This document shows positions 41,991 to 54,600 of a stretch of 64,000 nt of DNA, one piece after another. Each line of letters opens with the position of its first letter. Position 1 is the stretch's first letter. The notes below the pieces were generated by a model. That model was not told the DNA's origin and made no database searches. It saw nothing but the letters and a program-made list of their open reading frames with translations. The position numbers were made by a program, and so were the translations under genes. The stretch is from Macrostomum hystrix (lineage: Eukaryota > Animalia > Platyhelminthes): positions 7,626,001 through 7,690,000 of the forward strand of contig CATNEN010000029.1 in assembly GCA_950097015.1 (NCBI GenBank), in the 5' to 3' direction.

Positions 41991-42757
41991 CTCTCTATTA
42001 AACATCTACTACTTTTAGGCACCTTTTCAAATTCAAAAGTCATCGTCCTTCTTTCCTCCTTATTTATCCTTCTAAAGTTGTGTTTAACAGTTCTATGTAG
42101 TCTCCGTGTATTCTACTCCTACTATCGCCAAGCAAACAATAAGGATATTTGCCAGCCATTCGTGACCCACCTGACGACCCTGACCGGTGCAAAACCCGCA
42201 AACTCAGCGACAGAAGTCAAGGCTAAAATTAGAGTTAGACGCCGCTTAACTGTCCTCTGGTGGTATCACTATTTTCAAAGCAACGGCCTAATACGAACTC
42301 GTAGAAGACTAAATAACAATGGAAAATAAACGGCCTTAGCAAACAGATTTCAACACGCGGTGTCACAGCCGGGTTGTGCAACGAGAAATATTCACAGCTG
42401 CCGTATCAGGTTTCTGAACACTGGGTCACGGTCCCATGGGGACAAAATCGGAGCGAGGATTGAAAATCGGAAAATAATTAAGAACAGTTCAATTCTGTTG
42501 ATAATGTTCTTAGATATAGACGTACTTTTATTGTTTATGTTTCAATTGTACACTTAGTGCTTATAGAAGAAAATTTGCATTGTCTAGGATTCGAGGAAAG
42601 AAGATAGAAATAAAATGTCTGCCTGCTCCAACCAGTCGCGCAAGTCTTATTTTTGAAGATATTTTTTCTTCTTTATTAAGAGTGAAACTGGACGCAAGAA
42701 ACGTTTTTTTTAAGACGGAATCGTCAAAGTTAGCTCGTCAAAATAAGATTTTTAACA

Positions 42758-44452
42758 ATGAAGCCTTCTTTGTCGGAGATACCACGCGAGCACTGGGACT
42801 CGCAGATTGAGTTCGTTCTGTCCACTGTTGGCTTTGCCATAGACCTGGCCAACGTCTGGCGTTTCCCCTACCTGTGCTACAAGTACGGCGGAGGTAATCA
42901 GAGCAATCTGACTGGGAGAAAGATGGTGGTTAGTTTGGGAAGATGGCTGTTAGATTGGGTGGGAAGATGGCGGTTTGAAGGATGGGAAGATGGTGGTCCT
43001 ACATATCCAACAAGCCAGGATTACATTTGAACAGAATAATATGCAGAAGGCCACCCCTCCACTCCAGGCGCCTTCCTGATTCCCTACATCGTGTGCAACG
43101 TCTTCCAAGCCATGCCCCTGCTGTACCTGGAGATCAGCCTTGGCCAGACCCAACAGGCCGGCTGCATCCAGGTGTGGGATTTGGCCCCCGCTGGCCGCGG
43201 CATAGGCGTGGCCCAGTGCTTACTGGGCATTGGCATGTTCTACTACAATGTGATGGTCGGCTGGTGCATCTACTTCTTCTTCAACTCATTCACCGCCGAC
43301 TCGCTGCCTTGGATGACCTGTGGCCACGAATTCAACACGCCCTGGTGCCGCACGGTGGAACAGTTTCGAAATCTCTCGCTGGCCAATCAGACTGGCGACT
43401 CCGTCTTGTCCTCAGTTGAGTACTTCGAGTGAGTCCTCACTTCGAGCTGTCATTCCTGTGCTGACATCCTCTTATCTAACTAGGCGGGGGTCATTCCTGT
43501 GCTGACATCCTCTTATCTAACTAGGCGGGTGTCATTCCTGTGCTGACATCCTCTTATCTAACTAGGCGGGTGTCATTCCTGTGCTGACATCCTCTTATCT
43601 AACTAGGCGGGTGTCATTCCTGTGCTGACATCCTCTTATCTAACTAGGCGGGTGTCATTCCTGAGCTGATGTCAAACACCTGCATAATGATAACAGGTAG
43701 TTGCTGTTATCAACCGTTTCAAATGCTTTTGTTCTCAGTTTGAGGACGACTTTGTGATACTTCATAAGAAGCGAATTAAACAATTAGCAGATATTTTTTG
43801 TCTGATGGGACAATAGAAGGACAATCACGCAACTTTTCTCTGTTCAACCACCAGTGAAAATTAACCTACCTTCAGCTACTAAGCAATTATCATTGAATTG
43901 GCAGTGGCTTACGCAAATTTATCAAGTTGTGTCCAACCACTTCTCTTTTATTTCAAGTCGCTAAGCATGTTATAGTTCTGAGGCACCCACTGTGCGGAGT
44001 GGAGCCTTGGCTAGCACTCCAGTTAATTAAGTTGAATTAAAATTTCGGACTACACTGAAGAGTGCATCGTAGATAGGTAATGCTACTGTAAAGTATTTTA
44101 TTTATCCAACTTTTTTCTTAGAGACATTTTTTTTTCTTCAGAGGCTCGGCCGTGGGATAAGAGGCCGTGAGATTTCGCATAAGTTGATTGTTGGGGATAG
44201 TTAAGGACACACTGGACAACAGTGACAGCGCCAGGTGAGACTCAAGGTGACACCATAGACAGGGGTAAGGGGATGCAATGACAGAGGATGGAATGCAATT
44301 GACAAGGGAGACAATGAGATTGACGGGTGAGATAATAGTATTGACAGCGAAACAATGAGATTGCCTGGGGAGAAAGGGAGACAGCAAAAGTTGCTAATAT
44401 ATTTTGCAAGGTATTTTTTCAGGGGCTTTACATTGAACTCGGACTAATTGAT

Positions 44453-44483
<31 letters not shown>

Positions 44484-47400
44484 ACAGCAGCAACAGCAGC
44501 AGCAACAGCAGCAGCAACAGCAGCAGCAGCAGCAGCAGCAGCACATTGTTCTCAATAAATTCTATACAATAAAACAATTGAGTCTTTAAGAAGAAAAAAG
44601 AAGAATAAACAGCCCTAATTAATTACTTGACAAGGCCTGACGTCTAACGGAGGGCGACCGAGTCCTGAGTATCTCAGAGCTACCTAATTCGGCTCATTCT
44701 GGTCTCTGCCCTCCCTCCACACTGCCTGCTAAAAGGCGAATGCTCTGAGCAGTGTACTCGCACTCGCTCCTCGCTTCTTCAAGCGCGCACTTGAGCAGGT
44801 GGTTTAAAGTGTGCGCGTCAATGAAAACTCCCCTTCACCCCCCTCCCTAATACTCATCTGGATGGACACTGTAAACTGAACATTTTTTTGTTATATCATT
44901 TGAGAAACTGTGAGACTCCCCGCGGGTTTCAATTGTAGCTTATGGCCAGCTTGGCTCAAACTTTATCGTATAGTGCAAGGCTCAATTATTGTCTCCACTC
45001 TTCTGATAGACAAGTAGATACGAGCGTACAATAAAAAAATATTTTTAGCTGGGTGAATGTCTATTTTAGACTGGCTCATAGCAACTGCACTTTTATTTTA
45101 ATAAGCCATAGACCTGTCCCTAGATAAGCCATAGACCTTCTCACTGTCCCTAGATAAGCCATAGACCTACTCACTGTCCCTAGATGAGCCACAGATCTAC
45201 TCACTGTCCCTAGATGAGCCATAGACCTACTCACTATCCCTAATAATAATAATAATAATAATAGTTACACTCCACGCCGACCACAGAAGTGGCCAAGAGG
45301 GGGGAGCGTCAAAACGCGCGTTTCAGTGCCAGGTCTCTGACGTGCTTCACGCCTGCCGCCTGGCTGGGTGCTCGGGCGTCTTCAAAAAGGCGGTCAATAT
45401 AGCGGGCTGTTCGTCCCTGGCCGCGCCTGCGCGGTCCCTGCGAGGTCCACAGCAGGACATCCTGCAGCGGCTCTGGGCAGTAGGCTTCGGCGCGGATGAC
45501 ATGCCCGGCCAGCCGCAGTCGCCGCTGACTCAGCAGGACAGAAGGCCGCGTTAGGCGCGCACGCTGGTACAGGGACTCGGTTGTCTCGCTGCCAGGGCCG
45601 CGGCGGGCGCCGAAAGCGGCGCGAACTAGGGCCGCATGCGCCGCGTCGAGCTGCGCCTCGAGCGCCCCGGTCATCGTCCAGGTCTCAGCATTGTACAAGA
45701 GGGCGGTCTCGACAACCGCCTGGAACAGCTGGGACCTGGCGCCGTTCGACAGGGCCTCGGAGAGTAGCACCGCCCGCACAGAACGGTAGGCGGCCCAGGC
45801 CTTGCCGCGTCGTCTCGCCAGGTCGTCGCCCACGTCAGGCACCAGTCCGCCGAGGTAGACGAACTGACGGCACTTCGGGAGCACGGTCCCGGGGCCGTCA
45901 CCGTCTCTTAGTCGAATCTCGGCAGGTAGGTTTTGCGGCACCGTCAGCACCTCGGTCTTCATGGCGTTGATAGCGAGGCCGACCCTCGCCGCCGCCGCAG
46001 TCAGGCCATCCAGCAGCCGTTGGGCGCCTTCGGCCGTCGTAGACAGCAGGGCAAGGTCGTCCGCGTAGCCGAGGACAGACAACTTCTTCTCCGGGTGCCG
46101 TCGACTAGTGCGTCTTTGAAGCAGAAAACCGTCCTCTGCAGTCGGCAGGCCGGTCCTGAGCACCCAGTCCATCACCAGCACGAAAAGAAAAGGCGCCAGG
46201 GTGTCACCCTGCAGCACTCCGGAGGTAGTGCTGAACAGGTCCGACGGTCCGTCTGGCGTCGCTACCACAGCGGTGGTGTCCTGATACAGTGCCATGATGG
46301 CGGAGATCAGCTGCTGCGGTATGTTGTAGGCACGGAGCACGTGAGGCAGCGCGCCGCGGGCCACCGAGTCGAAAGCTTTGAGAAAGTCAACAAAGATGAC
46401 AACAAGGCTTGACTGGTGGATGCGCGCCTCCTCGATGATGCGACGGAGGGCCAGGATCTGAGTCACCGTGCCACGACGGGGCCGGAACCCATTCTGCTCG
46501 TACCGCAGAAACGAGTCCAGCACAGGCTGTAACCGTGCTAACAGCACCCGGTTGAACAGCTTCGCGGCACAGGACATGAGCGAGATCCCGCGATGCTCCT
46601 CCTTCTTTGTAGTGCCCGGCTTCTTCGGGATGCCGACGATGGTGGCCTGGGTCCACTCGCGGGGCGCAGGGCCTCCCGCCAGGACGCCGTTCATCACGCG
46701 GGCCACCTCGGTGGCAACCCTTGTGACTCGCAGTGCCTCTACGGGGACCTCATCCGGACCGGGGGCGCGGCCTCCCGGTGCCCTGCGGGCGAATTCCACG
46801 ATGTCGGTGCTGGTCACTGGACTGGTGTCGAAGTCCTCCTGCCGCGGTAGCGCCACCTCGGGGGGCAGCGGCATCTCGTTCGGCAGAGTCGGCGGCGGCG
46901 CATTGACAATGGCGGCGAAGAAGGTGCGCAGCTCGTTTCTGCGCTCCTCGGCAGTATCGCCAGCCAGGTTGAGCGCCGCTTTCGTTTTGCGACCGGTGAG
47001 GGCGTTCACAACGGGCCAGACGACCCTGTTCTGCCGTTCAGGCCCGACAGAGGTGACAGCCCGGATCGCGTCGTCAACAGCGGCTTTCTGTCGACTTGCG
47101 TAGGCGTCTGCCAGGGCTTTCTCGGCATCGGATGTCGGTCGCCTGGCTCGCCGCAGCTGCTCGACAGTGCGGCGGGCCTCACGTACCTCCGGGTCGCTCG
47201 CCCAAACTGGAAGTTGCCGTGACGCGGGTTCCATAAGCGGCAGAGTCTTGGCAGCGGCAGTGGCGATGGCTGAGCTAATTGTGCTGTAGTCCGGCGCCTG
47301 CGCTGATCCCAGGGCGGTCGCGAAGGCGTACGCAAACCTGCTGCGGGTGCCTGGGTCTTGCAAGGCGCGGAAGTACCTTCTTCTAGGGCGTTTTGGTGGT

Positions 47401-50400
47401 CGGTACAGCGGATCAGAGAGCCTCAGGTCGCAGTAGAGCAGGCGATGGTCGGACCGGACAGCCAGGGGTTCCATTGTGTCGCAGTTCTGCAGCCGGCTGC
47501 GTTCGCGATGGCGAATCAGCACGTGGTCGAGCTGCGCCAAGCGGGTCGTAGCGAATCGGCCTCGCGCGTTCCGCCTCCTTCGCTTGCAGCCGGCGAAGGT
47601 CGCCAGCCGGTTGGGCGGTTTGCGGAAGCGCGTGTTGGCTGACACCAGGTCGAGCCTCGCCATCAGGTCCGCAAGCGCGGCGGTGTTGGCGTTCTGGCGT
47701 GGCGACACAAACGGGCAGCGCTGGGACCGCGGCGCTACGGCGTTGAGATCACCGAGCATCACCACAGTGTCGCGATGCGCCACCATCTCGAGCTGCTCCG
47801 ACAGGAACTCGAAGAATTCCTGCGCCTCCTGCTGATGGGCAGCTGTGGGAGCGTACGCACAGAAAAGCCGCACATTGCGGCGACGTAGTCTCACGTCCAC
47901 GCGCAGCAGTCGGGCTGACAGGCTGACGCAGCAGATGCTCTCGCGTAGCCGTGGTCCGACAAGCACGCCGACTCCTCCACGGCCTCTGCTGTCCGCTGAT
48001 GTGTAGTGCAGCGTCCAGCCGCTCCCCAGATCCTCACGGTGTAGGCCAGACTCAGCAGTGATTGACACCTCCTGCAGCATGACGAGGTCCAGCCGCAGGT
48101 CAGATGCCAGCTTTGCGAGCATGCCCCTTCTCCAGGCAGGCTTTAGCGTTCGGCAGTTAAAGGTCACTATCCCTAGATGAGCCGTTACACCTACTCACTG
48201 TCCCTAGATGAGCCACAGATCTACTCACTGTCCCTAGATGAGCCATAGACCTACTCACTGTCCCTAGATGAGCCACAGATCTACTCACTGTCCCTAGATG
48301 AGCCATAGACCTACTCACTATCCCTAGATGAGCCATAGACCTACTCACTATCCCTAGATGAGCCGTTACACCTACTCACTGTCCCTAGATGAGCCACAGA
48401 CCTACTCACTGTCCCTAGATGAGCCATAGACCTACTCACTGTCCCTAGATGAGCCATAGACCTACTCACTGTCCCTAGATGAGCCATTAGACCTACTCAC
48501 TGTCACTAGATGAGCCATTAGACCTACTCACTGTCCCTAGATGAGCCATTAGACCTACTCACTGTCCCTAGATGAGCCACAGACCTACTCACTGTCCCTA
48601 GATGAGCCATAGACCTACTCACTGTCCCTAGATGAGCCATAGACCTACTCACTGTCCCTAGATGAGCCATTAGACCTACTCACTGTCACTAGATGAGCCA
48701 TTAGACCTACTCACTGTCCCTAGATGAGCCATTAGACCTACTCACTGTCCCTAGATGAGCCATTAGACCTACTCACTGTCCCTAGATGTCACTAGATGAG
48801 CCATCTACGAATTATACCCCTCCTTTGAAGGGGTTGAATTACGAATCCCCTTTCTCCTACTCACTGTCCCTAGATGAGCCATTAGACCTACTTACTGCCA
48901 CAGGCCTACTCACGGTCACTAGATGAGCCATTAGACCTACTCACTGCCACAGGCCAACTTACTGTCACTAGATGAGCCACAGGCCTACTTACTGTCACTA
49001 GATGAGCCACAGGCCTACTCACTGTCACTAGATGAGCCAAAGACCTACTCACTGTCACTAGATGAGCCACAGACCTACTCACTGTCACTAGATGAGCCAC
49101 AGATCCACTTACTGTCACTAGATGAGCCACTAACTCTCTATTGATAAGCTGAAACTATTTCTAAAAGCCATTTTTGCTAATTAATTTAATTATTTCATCA
49201 ATGTCCGCACTAGACTACTGTCTCTCAACTAAGTAGAAAGTATGGTATATAAATTTTCGGTCAGGCGCGGCCTACTGGCGGTGCACCAGAGCCCGAACAT
49301 CGAGACTCTGGGCAGGCCTCGCTTTGTCCTGGCGGCTTGCATCTTTCTAGCGTACCTGATCATTTTCTTCTCTCTGTGGCGCGGAATCAAATCCTCCGGC
49401 AAGGTGGTGTACGTCACCGCCACCATGCCTGTTGTGCTGCTCGTCATCCTGTTGATCAACGGGGTCCAGCTGCCCGGCGCCAGCAAGGGCATCGACTACT
49501 ACATTCGGCCTGATGTGACCAAGATTGACATCTTTGTGAGCCATCTTTTTTCTGCTGTCTCTGTTTGTACTTGTTCTATGAAAACTACATTATCATATTT
49601 CCAGAATTAATTCGACACATTTTTTCTCCCATCTCGCTTTTTCTCCTTCCTCAGTATTAATCTTGTGCCGTTCCTTCGTTTCTACCCCTTCTACCCTTCT
49701 ACCTCTTCTTCCCATTCACCCTTTTCTCCCCCTTCTCCATCCTCCTTCTCCCCCTTCTCAGTCCACTTTCTCCCCTTTCTCCCTCCACTTTCTCCCCTTT
49801 CTCCCCTTTCTCCCCTTTCTCCCCTTTCTCCCCTTTCTCCCTCCTCTTTCTCCCCCTTCTCCCTTCTCTTTCTCCCCCTTCTCCATCCACTTTCTCCCCT
49901 TCTCCCTCCTCCTTCTCCCCTTCTCCATCCTATTTCTACCCTTCTTCCTCCACTTTCTCCCCCTTCTCCATCCACTTTCTCCCCTTCTCCCTCCTCCTTC
50001 TTCCCTTCTCCCTCTTCTTTATCCACTTTCTCCCCTTATCCCTCCTCCTTCTCCCCTTCTCCTCCTATTTCTACCCTTCTTCCTCCACCTTCTCCCCTTT
50101 ATCCCCTTTCTCCCTCCTCTTTCTCCACTTTCTCCCCTTTATCACCCTTCTCCCTCCTCTTTCTCCCCTTTCTCCCCTTTCTCCCCTTTCTCCCTCCTCT
50201 TTCTCCCCCTTCTCCATCCTCTTTCTCCTCTTTCTCCCTTTTCTCCCCTTTCTCCCTCCGCTTTCCTCGCTTCTCCTCTTTCTCACTTCTCTTTCTCCCC
50301 CTTCTCCCTCCTCTTTCTCCCCTTTCTCCCCTTTCTCCATCCACTTTCTCCCCTTCTCCCTCCTCCTTCTCCCCTTCTACCCATCTACCATTTCTTTACA

Positions 50401-51098
50401 TTTGCCCCGTTCTCCCTTTCTGCCTCCACTTTCTCCCCCTTCTACCTTCGACCTCTTTTTCTCATTCTCCCTTTTCCCCCCTTTTACCTCCAAATTCTGC
50501 CTCATCTCCCTCCATTCTCATTATTCTCCCCTTCTCTGCTTAAATTTGCACCTCCGCCTTCTTTGCATTCGCAAAATGTCTTTAATATATTTTTACGAGA
50601 TCTAAAACTTCCAGAAATCCTATTCTCGTTTGTCTCGATGATCGCCGATCGCTCAGATCCATCTAAACGTCTTCCGCACTACCCTACAATGTTTCCCTGT
50701 TAACACCGGCAGGCATGGATCGAGGCCTCCGTGCAGGTGTTCTACTCCACAGCCGCCGGATTTGGTGGGCACCTGAGCCTATCGAGCTACAACAAGCGCA
50801 ACAGCAACTGCTACCGGGACGCCATCATCACCATCGTCTGCAACGCCTGTTTCAGCTTTCTGGCCGGCTTTGTAGTGTTCTCCTACCTGGGCTACATGGC
50901 GGACCTCACCAACCGCAGTGTGGACGCTGTGGCTGCTGACGGTGGGTGAATCTCAACACAATACTCAATGCTAATTGGCGGTATTTTCATTGCTCAGTGC
51001 TCAGTGCTCAGTATTCAGTGCTCAGTATTCAGTGCTCAATGCTCATTGATCAGTGCTCAGAGCTTAGTGTTTAGTGCTCAGTATTCGGTGCTCAGTAT

Positions 51099-51138
<40 letters not shown>

Positions 51139-51294
51139 ATTCAGTGCTCATTATTCAGTGCTCAATGCTCATTGATCAGTATTCAGTGCTCAGTATTCAG
51201 TGCTCAGTGCTCAGTGCTCAGTATTCAGTGCTCAATGCTCATTGATCAGTGCTCAGAGCTTAGTGCTTAGTGCTCAGTATTCAGTGCTCAGTAT

Positions 51295-51379
<85 letters not shown>

Positions 51380-51413
51380 GAGTATTCAGTGCTGAGTATT
51401 CAGTGCTCAGTAT

Positions 51414-51452
<39 letters not shown>

Positions 51453-51489
51453 GCTGAGTATTCAGTGCTGAGTATTCAGTGCTCAGTAT

Positions 51490-51553
<64 letters not shown>

Positions 51554-51587
51554 GAGTATTCAGTGCTCAGTATTCAGTGCTCAGTAT

Positions 51588-51672
<85 letters not shown>

Positions 51673-54600
51673 GAGTATTCAGTGCTCAGTATTCAGTGCT
51701 CAGTGCTCAGTGCTTAGTGTTATAAAATGATTAATCTTCTTTGTAACGTGGATTATTACATAAATTTCTAATGAATCAACTTCATTGATAATGCAGCTCA
51801 GTAGAGAATAAAAAGTTTATTTAATAAGTAGATTTAAACAAAACACGCGCATTTCAGGACCGGGTCTGGTGTTCCAAGTCTATCCCCTTGCAGTCGGCAC
51901 TTTGCCCATCCCTCAGCTGTGGTCCTGCCTGTTCTTTTTCATGCTAATCACTCTGGGTATTGACAGCTTTGTGAGTTTGACAGCCTTGATAGCATTGGTT
52001 TAATTGGTGACGTTATTAAGTGCATTAAACGGAATTTCGCCAATCACTCGCTTGATCAAACCCAGATGACCGGCGTTGAGACTGTTCTCACCGGCTTCGG
52101 AGAGGTGCTGCTGAAGATTCAGTGTATGAATGGCAAATACTTTCGTGTCGTGTTCACGTTCCTGTACCTGCTGCTTCATTTCCTGCTGGCTCTTATGCTC
52201 AGCACACCTGTGAGTTGAAGGCAAATTAGCAATACCTTCCTTTAAATGGCCTCTGTCCGTGAGTAGACTGACCTCCCCATTATTCAGTAGGCTGACCTCT
52301 CCATCCCTCAGTAGGCTGACCTCCCATCCTTCAGTAGGCTTACCTCCCCATCCTTCAGTAGGCTGACCTCCCCATCCTTCAGTAGGCTGACCTCCCTATC
52401 CTTCAGTAGGCTGACCTCCCATCCTTCAGTAGGCTGACCTCCCTATCCTTCAGTAGGCTGACCTCCCTATCCTTCAGTAGGCTGACCTCCCTATCATTCA
52501 GTAGGCTGACCTCCCATCCTTCAGTAGGCTGACCTCCCCATCCTTCAGTAGGCTGACCTCCCCATCCTTCAGTAGGCTGACCTCCCATGCTTCAGTAGGC
52601 TGACCTCCCATGCTTCAGTAGGCTGACCTCCCTATCCTTCAGTAGGCTGACCTCCCTATCCTTCAGTAGGCTGACCTCCCTATCCTTCAGTAGGCTGACC
52701 TCCCATCCTTCAGTAGGCTGACCTCCCATCCTTCAGTAGGCTGACCTCCCATCCTTCAGTAGGCTGACCTCCCCATCCTTCAGTAGGCTGACCTCCCATC
52801 CTTCAGTAGGCTGACCTCCCTATCCTTCATTAGGCTGACCTCCCATCCTTTAGTAGGCTGACCTCCCTATCCTTCAGTAGGCTGACCTCCCATCCTTCAG
52901 TAGGCTGACCTCCCATCCTTTAGTAGGCTGACCTCCCACCCTTTAGTAGGCTGACATCCCATCCTTTAGTAGGCTGACCTCTCCATCCTTCATTAGGCTG
53001 ACCTCCCATCCTTCAGTAGGCTGACCCCCCATCATTCAGTAGGCTGACCTCCCATCCTTCAGTAGGCTGACCTCCCATCATTCAGTAGGCTGACCTCCCA
53101 TCCTTCAGTAGGCTGACCTCCCTATCCTTCAGTAGGCTGACCTCCCATCCTTCAGTAGGCTGACCTCCCATCCTTCAGTAGGCTGACCTCCCATCCTTCA
53201 GTAGGCTGACCTCCCTATCCTTCAGTAGGCTGACCTCCCATCCTTCAGTAGGCTGACCTCCCATCCTTCAGTAGGCTGACCTCCCATCCTTCAGTAGGCT
53301 GACCTCCCATCCTTCAGTAGGCTGACCTCCCTATCCTTCAGTAGGCTGACCTCCCCATCCTTTAGTTGGCTGACCTCCCTATCCTTCAGTAGGCTGACCT
53401 CCCATCCTTCAGTAGGCTGACCTCCCATCCTTTAGTAGGCTGACCTCCCATCCTTTAGTAGGCTGACATCCCATCCTTTAGTAGGCTGACCTCTCCATCC
53501 TTCATTAGGCTGACCTCCCATCCTTCAGTAGGCTGAACTCCCATCCTTCAGTAGGCTGACCTCCCATCCTTCAGTAGGCTGACCTCCCTATCCTTCAGTA
53601 GACTGACCTCCCCATTATTCAGTAGGCTGACCTCTCCATCCCTCAGTAGGCTGACCTCCCATCCTTCAGTAGGCTTACCTCCCCATCCTTCAGTAGGCTG
53701 ACCTCCCCATCCTTCAGTAGGCTGACCTCCCTATCCTTCAGTAGGCTGACCCCCCATCATTCAGTAGGCTGACCTCTCCATCCTTCAGTAGGCTGACCTC
53801 CCATCCTTCAGTAGGCTGACCTCCCCATCCTTCAGTAGGCTGACCTCCCATCCTTCAGTAGGCTGACCTCCCTATCCTTCAGTAGGCTGACCTCCCTATC
53901 CGACAAGAATCGCTGAATATCTCGACGATGCTGACGTCGGACGGCTTTGAAAGTTAGTTTATCGTAAAGGACGGAAATTTTTTATGAATATGGTGTACTT
54001 TCACACGTAAATCATTCATTCGGTTTGGGAGCTATCGTGAAGTAGGCAGTGAGGATTTGAAATATTCCCTTGGTATTGGGAAAAAAGCTAGGTCTCTATA
54101 TTATTAAGCTTTTAAAATGTGACCTTTCAAATCTCAGGGTGGCATGTACATCTGGAACCTACAAAACAATTTTGTACCCGGACTGTCTCTGATTTTCATC
54201 GCCTTCTGCGACGCCGTGGCCATTGCTTGGCTCTACGGTGAGTCAGCTGAGATGTATTATACATTAGCAAGGGTTTTGGACAGCGAATCAGCAGATACCT
54301 AACCAGAATTGTTGAAACCACAGTTATCAGCAATTATGTCAGCATAGTTATCAGCAATTATGTCAGCATAGTTATCAGCAATTATGTCAGCTAGTTATCA
54401 GCAATTATGTCAGCATAGTTATCAGCAATTATGTCAGCATAGTTATCAGCAATTATGTCAGCATAGTTATCAGCAATTATGTCAGCATAGTTATCTGCAA
54501 TTATGTCAGCATAGTTATCAGCAATTGTGTCAGCTAGTTATCAGCAATTATGTCAGCATAGTTATCAGCAATTATGTCAGCATAGTTATCAGCAATTATG

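Larger units (their letters stand above)
45105..49135. repeat. 30-bp satellite array (45105-45242 and 48164-49135) interrupted by a LINE
   Basis: Unit gagccatagacctactcactgtccctagat on both sides of the insertion. Confidence 0.93.

Noticed and set aside
45342-47835. Plus-strand and alternate-frame ORFs overlapping the RTE element
   Set aside because: Shadow ORFs expected from high GC content; no motifs.
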